A stretch of DNA of 32,000 nt, taken from positions 420,001 through 452,000 of the forward strand of contig NZ_CP195536.1 of the NCBI RefSeq assembly GCF_051307035.1, given 5' to 3'. Positions within the stretch are counted from its first letter, which is position 1; each line of letters begins with the position of its first letter. Under the pieces are notes generated by a model. That model had not been told where the DNA came from, made no database searches, and saw only the letters and a list, made by a program, of their open reading frames with translations. The DNA is from Psychrobacter sp. DM4. GTDB lineage: Bacteria > Pseudomonadota > Gammaproteobacteria > Pseudomonadales > Moraxellaceae. Positions 25,631-32,000 of the stretch are shown here, piece after piece. The position numbers and the translations under genes were made by a program.

Positions 25631-26437
25631 ATGATGTTATATGTGTGGTTCGTGATTGCGGGTGCGTTTGCAGGTGTTAGCGCAGGCTTATTCGGCGTTG
25701 GCGGCGGTATGATCATTGTGCCTGCACTCGTATGGATATTTACGGCTTATGATTTTCCGCCTGATGTCATCACGCATTTGGCAATTGGCACGTCTTTGGC
25801 AACCATTGTGGTGACGTCCATCAGCTCTCTGACTGCGCACAATAAACGCGGCGGGGTACGCTGGGAGGTCTGGCGCAAGATGGCATTAGGTCTAGTCATC
25901 GGAAGCCTCGTCGGAGCAGGCATTGCGGACATGATTAATGGCAAAGCGTTGCAAGCCATCATCGGTATCGGTGCATTACTCGTAGCGCTAAAAATGCTGT
26001 TTTTCTCCAACAAAGAACAAGTAGGCAAGCCGCTACCGTCCGCAGGCGTACAGTTTGGCGCAGGTACTGGTATCGGTATGGCGTCCTCCATCTTTGGCAT
26101 TGGCGGCGGCAGTTTGACCGTACCATTTTTGAATTGGGCGGGGCTGCCGATGAGACAGTCGGTCGGCACCTCAGCGGCTTGCGGCTTGCCTATTGCGCTA
26201 GCAGGCGCGGCGGGATTTGCGTGGTTTGGACAAGACGTGGTCAATTTGCCTGAGGGCACGATTGGCTTTGTGCATATTTCAGGGTTTATATGCATCTCAG
26301 TCGTCAGTTTTGCGATGGCAAAAGTGGGTGCGAAGCTTGCTCATGTATTACCAGCGCTCACGCTCAAACGTGCGTTTGGTGTACTACTCCTATTCGCAGG
26401 CGGGCAGTTGTTTTTAAGTGGTATTGGGGTGATTTAG
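25631..26437 (+). CDS. TSUP (TauE/SafE) family anion-exporter-like membrane protein
   Basis: Polytopic protein with an internal duplication, each half bearing a G-rich motif (GLFGVGGGMIIVP; SIFGIGGGSLTVP). AAGGGTGG Shine-Dalgarno favours ATG 25631 over GTG 25622. Confidence 0.7.
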   Translation: MMLYVWFVIAGAFAGVSAGLFGVGGGMIIVPALVWIFTAYDFPPDVITHLAIGTSLATIVVTSISSLTAHNKRGGVRWEVWRKMALGLVIGSLVGAGIADMINGKALQAIIGIGALLVALKMLFFSNKEQVGKPLPSAGVQFGAGTGIGMASSIFGIGGGSLTVPFLNWAGLPMRQSVGTSAACGLPIALAGAAGFAWFGQDVVNLPEGTIGFVHISGFICISVVSFAMAKVGAKLAHVLPALTLKRAFGVLLLFAGGQLFLSGIGVI

Positions 26438-26527
26438 GTTGAGCGTTCTAAAAACGACAAACCCCAAAAAATATCCACACTTTCAGGTAAACTACCCACC
26501 TGTTTTTACCCCATATAAAAGTTATTC

Positions 26528-29500
26528 ATGCGCCTAAAATCTCTAAAGCTGGCAGGATTTAAGTCTTTTGCCAACGCAACTACCTTTACCTTTGCTCATG
26601 GCATCACTGCTATTGTCGGGCCAAATGGCTGCGGCAAATCAAACGTCATTGATGCGATACGCTGGGTGCTGGGTGAGACCTCTGCCAAGCAGTTACGTGG
26701 CGGGTCGATGAGCGATGTGATCTTTGCAGGCACGCAGGATAAATCGGCAAAAAGCGTCGCCAGTGTCGAGCTGACCTTTGAGCATACGCAGGACGAGCAG
26801 ACGGGTATTCGTCATGAGTTTAACTTGTATCATGAGCTGTCTGTGCGCCGTCAAATCAACAAGGAGGGACGCTCAGATTATTTTATCAATGGTACGCGGG
26901 CGCGGCGCCGTGATGTCGTCGATGTCTTTTTGGGGACAGGTCTTGGTGCGCGCAGTTACGCGGTAATTGAGCAAGGCATGATTGGACGTATTGTGGATTC
27001 AAGCCCCTTGCAATTACGAGAATTCATTGAAGAGGCGGCAGGGGTATCGCGTTATCAAGCACGGCGCTTTGAGACCCAAAAAAAGCTAGAAGTTACGCAG
27101 GATAATTTGGCGCGTCTATATGATATGCAAAGCGAGCTTGTCAGCCAACAAAAGCGGCTATCTAAACAAGCCGCTAGCGCTCAGCACCATGGGGAGCTCA
27201 CCCTAGCGCGCGCGGATATCGCGCAGCAACTCACTATTCAGCAGTTGTACCAAGCCAAACACAACCAGCAGCAGCAGAGACTCGCTCATGAGCGAAGTGC
27301 TGCCAAAGTCGCCACATTGCAAGCCAGTTACGAAGTTCTAAAATTGCAGCAAGATAAAAGCGCTGTGCACATCACACAAGAGCAAGGGCGCAAAGATGAG
27401 GCGCAAAGTACGTATTATCAGCAGCAGCTGAGCTATCAAAAGACTGAGCATCAGCTGAGCGATATTCAACACAAAGTTGCCCAGCTAAAGCAACAGCTCT
27501 CAAGTATAGAGGCGCAAAAAACACAAGCCTATAGAGAGAGTGAGGCCTTAAAGGTAGAGCAGAACGAGCAGCAGCTAGCGCTAGCAGACGTGCATCCACA
27601 GCTGGACGACTTAGTGGCTAAACGTGAGTCCCGTAAACAAAGTGAGCGCTCATTGGAGCGTGCCTTGACTGAGGCACAAACCCAGCTCACCCGTATGCAA
27701 GAAAGCCAACGTACGCTTGAGCAGCAGCAAGTACTCAATGAGCAGTCACAGCGACGTCTACAATCAAGTCAAGACAAATGGACACAGCGTCAGCAGAGTT
27801 GGCAGGCGTTACATGCGCAGCTATTACCTTTGGCCGAAGATCACGATAGCGATTCGTCTGTAGCAAGTAAGGTAGCAAGCACCGAGCTTACCGAGTTAAA
27901 CCAGCAGCTACAGCACATAATGCGTAAGCAAGATTATACCTCTGAGCAACTAGCAGCATTGCAACCGCAAGTACATAAGTTAAAGCAGCAATTGGATGAG
28001 CAGCAACGCAACCTGGTAGAGAGTGAGAAACGTCATGCGCTCTTAATGGGTGAGCATGATACCTTGCATCAAATGTTGCATCCTAAATCGCAGCATACTA
28101 GGCTCAATCAAGCTCTTGACGATATACCAAAGCAGCGCGCTCAAGCGACTACTAAGGTGATAGGTAGTGCTGAAAATAATAAGTCAAATCAGATGCCACA
28201 GCCGTTGTTAATAAGTACGATACGCGCGCGCATTGAGCTGACGGGTTTGGGTCAGCGCTATGCTCATGTACTCGATGAGTGGCTGGCATTGTGGCTCGAT
28301 TGCCATATATTACTTATAGATAATGATGACAATGGTAGACAGCCATTGACGCACTATTTGCCAGAGTTACTGACTTATCAGAGGGACCGAGTAGGAGGGG
28401 AGCTGGGTCATAGCCTATGGCTACCCGCTACCCAAAATGATCATAAAGTAGAGTCATTTACAAGCCATTTGTCAGATGAGCTTAGCGCAAAAGTCGTACC
28501 TTTATCAAAACTAATCGCACAGCCAATGCTTGGACTTTGGCAGCAATGCTATTTGTATATAGGCACTGAGATAAGTACTGAGATAAGCACTGAGATAAGT
28601 ACTAAGACAGGCATTGAGACTGATGAGATAAAAAGAGCACATTTGGGTAAAGTCATAGCAGTTTTACCAAAATCGGCGAAGCTACTCACTACTGATGGTT
28701 GGATAATTAGTCAACAAGGCACAATACATTTAAATAGGCTAATTGGTACAGATGACAGCAAAAACGATAGTCCGTTTTTGACCCAACGTATTGAGCAACG
28801 CGAGCGCCTAAAACAGCTAGAAACCTTGCTAGAAACTAGCGAGGCGACTACTAAAACGCAGCAGCAAACGCTCAAGCAAAACCAGCATGAGTATGATTCT
28901 CTGATTATCCGCTTAGAGGAAAATCGTGCACAAGCGATGCAACTCACGCAAGATAAGCATCATTGTCAGCAGCAACTCACTACTCAGCAAGCGATTCATG
29001 AACGTTTGCAGGCGGATATACAGCGCTTAGACAATGACCAATTGGACCTTGAGCAAGAACAGCACGCGCTGATAGCCGAGCAAAAAATGCTGGATGATGA
29101 GCTGCGCGATATACAATCGGCTCTGGACAAGCTAAGTCCGCAATTGGCTGATGCAAAAAGTAACCGCCAGCACTTACAGACCGATAAAAATGAGCGTAAC
29201 CGTGTTCGGCAGGCAGATGACAATGCTTGGCAAGCGCTACAGTTAAAAACGCAAAGAATTGAGATGCGCCTAGAGCACAGCATGAGTAGCCTTATAAGAG
29301 CAATAGAGCAGCACGACAAAGCAGTACAAGAAGAGCAAGAATTCATCGCTCAGCTGATAGAACGTCAACAGCAATTGCCAAACTTACGAGAGTCGTTGCA
29401 AAAGTTACAAGGTTTACGTGACCAGCAGCAAGCCATGCTTACAGAACGTGAATTAACGTTAGCAGCGCTCAAGCGGGCGTACACTCAGCAACAAAACGAG

Positions 29501-30439
29501 CTCGACGCACTACGGCACAATATACAATCGCAGCAAGACGAATCGGCACAATTAGCAACGGATCTAGCGCTAAGCACCGCGCGCTTAGATGACGCGAGCA
29601 CTCGCACGCAAGAGGCTCTAGCGAAATATCAAAATATCAGTCATCAACATGACGACAACGCGGCGCAAACGATGAGCGTTGCAAACTTGTTGGCAGACTT
29701 TATCGCTCATGATCGCCGCGTACGTCCAGACAAAATCGCCCAGTTACAAGGCGAGCAAGCCAAACTTGAGCATGAGCTGAGCAAGATAGGCGCAGTTAAT
29801 CTGGCTGCGGTCGCAGAATTGGCCGCCGTCAATGAGCGCCTAGATCCGCTAGCGCAGCAGACAGCGGATATCGCCGCTAGTATGCAGACGTTGCAAAATG
29901 CCATCAGCGCTATCGACGAGACAACCAAGACGTTATTTATGCAAATGCTAGATGCGGTAAATAGTGAGCTTGAGACACTATTTACCAAAGTATTCGGCGG
30001 CGGTCATGCAAGTCTCACGCTCAGCCTCGATGATATGCCAGCAGATATAGCTATCGATAATTACAAATCAGAGCAGTGGCGCGCAGGACTTACTTTGATG
30101 GCACAGCCAAAGGGCAAGCGTAACAGCCGCTTAGCGGTACTCTCAGGCGGCGAGAAAACTTTGACCGCGCTGAGTCTTATCTTTGCCATATTTAAGCAGC
30201 ATCCCGCGCCCTTTTGTGTGCTCGATGAAGTCGATGCGCCGCTCGATGACGCCAATGTTGCGCGCTTTACTAGCCTTATTCAGGAGCTAGCAGGCGACTT
30301 ACAGTTTGTATTTATCAGTCATAACAAGCTCTCCATGCAGATTGCTGATGAGCTCAAAGGTATCACCATGGCGCAAGCTGGCGTCTCAACCTTGGTCAGT
30401 GTATCTTTGGATGAGGCGATTGATTATATTGATAGCTAA
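26528..30439 (+). CDS. smc: Chromosome segregation protein SMC
   Basis: 1303 aa. N-terminus MRLKSLKLAGFKSF, Walker A GPNGCGKSN, long Q/E/L-rich coiled coils, central hinge. C-terminal signature LSGGEKTLTALSLIFAIF and Walker B FCVLDEVDAPLD. Confidence 0.9.
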   Translation: MRLKSLKLAGFKSFANATTFTFAHGITAIVGPNGCGKSNVIDAIRWVLGETSAKQLRGGSMSDVIFAGTQDKSAKSVASVELTFEHTQDEQTGIRHEFNLYHELSVRRQINKEGRSDYFINGTRARRRDVVDVFLGTGLGARSYAVIEQGMIGRIVDSSPLQLREFIEEAAGVSRYQARRFETQKKLEVTQDNLARLYDMQSELVSQQKRLSKQAASAQHHGELTLARADIAQQLTIQQLYQAKHNQQQQRLAHERSAAKVATLQASYEVLKLQQDKSAVHITQEQGRKDEAQSTYYQQQLSYQKTEHQLSDIQHKVAQLKQQLSSIEAQKTQAYRESEALKVEQNEQQLALADVHPQLDDLVAKRESRKQSERSLERALTEAQTQLTRMQESQRTLEQQQVLNEQSQRRLQSSQDKWTQRQQSWQALHAQLLPLAEDHDSDSSVASKVASTELTELNQQLQHIMRKQDYTSEQLAALQPQVHKLKQQLDEQQRNLVESEKRHALLMGEHDTLHQMLHPKSQHTRLNQALDDIPKQRAQATTKVIGSAENNKSNQMPQPLLISTIRARIELTGLGQRYAHVLDEWLALWLDCHILLIDNDDNGRQPLTHYLPELLTYQRDRVGGELGHSLWLPATQNDHKVESFTSHLSDELSAKVVPLSKLIAQPMLGLWQQCYLYIGTEISTEISTEISTKTGIETDEIKRAHLGKVIAVLPKSAKLLTTDGWIISQQGTIHLNRLIGTDDSKNDSPFLTQRIEQRERLKQLETLLETSEATTKTQQQTLKQNQHEYDSLIIRLEENRAQAMQLTQDKHHCQQQLTTQQAIHERLQADIQRLDNDQLDLEQEQHALIAEQKMLDDELRDIQSALDKLSPQLADAKSNRQHLQTDKNERNRVRQADDNAWQALQLKTQRIEMRLEHSMSSLIRAIEQHDKAVQEEQEFIAQLIERQQQLPNLRESLQKLQGLRDQQQAMLTERELTLAALKRAYTQQQNELDALRHNIQSQQDESAQLATDLALSTARLDDASTRTQEALAKYQNISHQHDDNAAQTMSVANLLADFIAHDRRVRPDKIAQLQGEQAKLEHELSKIGAVNLAAVAELAAVNERLDPLAQQTADIAASMQTLQNAISAIDETTKTLFMQMLDAVNSELETLFTKVFGGGHASLTLSLDDMPADIAIDNYKSEQWRAGLTLMAQPKGKRNSRLAVLSGGEKTLTALSLIFAIFKQHPAPFCVLDEVDAPLDDANVARFTSLIQELAGDLQFVFISHNKLSMQIADELKGITMAQAGVSTLVSVSLDEAIDYIDS
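28565..28612 (+). repeat. In-frame 12-bp tandem repeat (ACTGAGATAAGY x3 plus one degenerate copy) inside the smc hinge
   Basis: Units at 28565, 28577 and 28589 differ only at the last base. They encode TEIS-TEIS-TEIS, followed by the degenerate unit TKTG. Confidence 0.9.
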
Positions 30440-30826
30440 AGGCTTGCTCTTAGGAGATGTGGGGTTAATGCTTAGTGCTAGAACTTATCACTCGGCGCGT
30501 TTTCATTTAAACGGCAAATAGTGACCCGGCGTCTGTAAATATAGTATAGTTAGTCCAATATAAAACAGATATAGCGCGACTGGGATGAATGTTTCGCAGC
30601 CTCTATCGGCGTAGGTACAGTAAGCCCAAAAATTTATACCCGTTTCGCGTTATTAAATAATGTATCCATTTTATTTAGTATCGACTATAAGATAAACGTA
30701 TCGTTTTTAAATATTGCGCATGCCCCAAACACAGCAAGTGATGACGACATCTGTTAGCCATGCTAGACTATTGCTATTTATTTTCACTATCATCATTCCC
30801 TTTGTCATTATTAGGATATCTCGCTC

Positions 30827-31885
30827 ATGACCGCTATTCAGTTTATCTTGATTGCCATTGCAGCCTTTATTGTGCTTGCAGGGCTGTTTATGGTCATTCG
30901 CAGTTTTAAGCGTCGTCAAAGTACTGAAGCCACTCCGGTTAATTACGACAAAAATGGTATTCCTATCATTCCGCGTCACGAGCGCAACATCATCGATCAG
31001 CCAGACCTTCATGATACCGTCGCAGGCGAGACCAGTATCGCACCTGATCGTGAGTACCTACATGCGGTCATCGAAGACGATGAGCCTGCGACTATCGATG
31101 ACATGTTGAATCATGTGCAAGCTGATACAAGTGTTGCTGAGGAGCAGAACGACGATTACGAGCGCTGGCAAGCTGAGCAGCAGCGCGCTGATGATAGCGA
31201 GTTTGAGGCGATAGCGCAGCAGATCAACAGTGATGATCATAGTGAGTATGGTGACCATAATAGCGATGAGCATCTAGACGCGCACGCGCAAAGTGGTGAG
31301 CAAGAGATTGATGCTTTCTCAAGCCTAATGTCAGCTACAGACAGCTTGATGCCCGTGATTGATACGTATGATGAGCCAAGTTTCGATGACAACAGCCCTG
31401 TGCTTGATCAGCATCTATTAGAGCCTGTCGATCAGGCACAAAACGGTCCACTGATTCATGCCAAAGACAATATAAATATTACGATTTTGCCGCAGCAGTA
31501 CCGTGACCGTGCGACATCAGTCATTCGTGGTGGCGACTTATTAGCGTTGATAGATAAGTATGGTTTGCGCTTTGGCGCGATGAATATGTTCCATCGCTAT
31601 GAGCAAAAAGACGGCACGGGCATGCTCTGGTTTAGCATGATGGGTATCACTGACGAGGGTATTGCCCCTTTTGATCCGCATAGTGTGGCCACCAATAGTT
31701 ATAGTGGCGTCGTTGTATTCTTATCATTACCGCACCCGCAAGCGCTGCGTAGCTTCGATAGTATGATGAGCATCGCTTATATGATGGCAGATGATTTGGA
31801 CGCGGTTATGCTTGATGAAAGCAATGAGCCCATCACCCCTGAATACAAGCAGCAACTGCGCAACCAAGTACGCGATTACGAATAA
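30827..31885 (+). CDS. zipA: Cell division protein ZipA
   Basis: N-terminal TM anchor (IQFILIAIAAFIVLAGLFMVI), then a basic patch, a long acidic linker and a C-terminal FtsZ-binding domain (LRFGAMNMFHRY ... GVVVFLSLPHP). Its position just after smc is typical of gamma-proteobacteria. Confidence 0.8.
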   Translation: MTAIQFILIAIAAFIVLAGLFMVIRSFKRRQSTEATPVNYDKNGIPIIPRHERNIIDQPDLHDTVAGETSIAPDREYLHAVIEDDEPATIDDMLNHVQADTSVAEEQNDDYERWQAEQQRADDSEFEAIAQQINSDDHSEYGDHNSDEHLDAHAQSGEQEIDAFSSLMSATDSLMPVIDTYDEPSFDDNSPVLDQHLLEPVDQAQNGPLIHAKDNINITILPQQYRDRATSVIRGGDLLALIDKYGLRFGAMNMFHRYEQKDGTGMLWFSMMGITDEGIAPFDPHSVATNSYSGVVVFLSLPHPQALRSFDSMMSIAYMMADDLDAVMLDESNEPITPEYKQQLRNQVRDYE

Positions 31886-31936
31886 AAGGTTTGCTACTAA
31901 TTTCCATTTAAACAAAAAATTCCTATCTTAATCAAA

Positions 31937-31968
31937 GCAAATAACGTCACCCGTTTTATGTTATTTGC
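31937..31968 (+). other. Hairpin downstream of zipA (possible weak terminator or regulatory stem-loop)
   Basis: Perfect 9-bp inverted repeat GCAAATAAC / GTTATTTGC with a 14-nt loop. No following T-run, so terminator function is doubtful. Confidence 0.3.
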
Positions 31969-32000
31969 TATCAAAATATCGTCCAAACTTGTTATGATAT

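Noticed and set aside
25747-26295. 182-aa minus-strand ORF antisense to the TSUP membrane-protein gene.
   Set aside because: It is Pro/Ala/Thr-rich and mirrors the Gly/Ala/Val-rich membrane protein. The plus-strand gene has clear duplicated GxGGG motifs and TM periodicity. No independent start signals are present.
27372-30255. Series of minus-strand ORFs (60-116 aa), rich in Cys/Ser/Ala, inside smc (27372-27599, 27529-27738, 28711-28947, 28996-29346, 29707-29988, 30061-30255).
   Set aside because: They are the reverse complement of Gln/Leu/Glu/Ala-rich coiled-coil codons (CAG/CAA/GCT/CTG), which rarely give stops on the opposite strand. They have low-complexity composition, no Shine-Dalgarno sequences, and overlap a confidently called SMC gene throughout.
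30440-30826. Unusually long (387 bp) smc-zipA intergenic region, examined for a tRNA, sRNA, terminator or small ORF.
   Set aside because: There is no cloverleaf-like sequence and no convincing intrinsic terminator (only a 5-bp AAACG/CGTTT stem near 30694-30706). The ORFs here (30306-30521 plus, 30707-31012 minus) overlap the flanking genes and lack start signals. Nothing supportable from sequence alone.
1-32000. Looked for CRISPR arrays, IS elements or inverted terminal repeats, integrase/recombinase genes, toxin-antitoxin pairs, phage genes, defence-system domains and abrupt composition shifts.
   Set aside because: None found. Every large ORF has a housekeeping or metabolic assignment, and the repeats present are short local tandem arrays only.

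Overview
Honest bottom line: I found no candidate for a novel multi-gene system. There are no defence-like genes, integrases or transposases, CRISPR arrays, tRNA or rRNA genes, and no obvious compositional island. The only protein of poorly defined function is a single alpha/beta hydrolase gene flanked by terminators. All findings are small-scale, so their interest scores are modest.

The window reads as a conserved core-chromosome segment of a gamma-proteobacterium. The protein sequences and the smc-zipA synteny suggest Moraxellaceae (Psychrobacter-like), but this is an unverified inference.

Gene content, left to right:
- Basic-amino-acid type ABC importer: two tandem binding-protein paralogs, an internal terminator, then HisQ/HisM-like permeases.
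- YcgM/FAHD1-like FAH-family enzyme.
- Tat-signal PhoX alkaline phosphatase preceded by a near-consensus Pho box.
- AT-rich spacer carrying two tandem-repeat arrays.
- Stand-alone alpha/beta hydrolase with a GHSMGG nucleophile elbow.
- hslO (Hsp33) on the minus strand with a sigma32-like promoter.
- gltIJKL-type glutamate/aspartate ABC transporter.
- Rubredoxin-reductase-like flavoprotein.
- Six-gene leucine/isovalerate catabolic (liu) operon: acyl-CoA ligase, MCC-beta, methylglutaconyl-CoA hydratase, MCC-alpha, HMG-CoA lyase, isovaleryl-CoA dehydrogenase.
- Convergent birA-coaX.
- TSUP (TauE/SafE) membrane protein.
- smc and zipA.

The small-scale findings are regulatory sites, tandem repeats (one in-frame in the SMC hinge), lipoprotein-type signal peptides on three exported proteins, and operon-architecture quirks.
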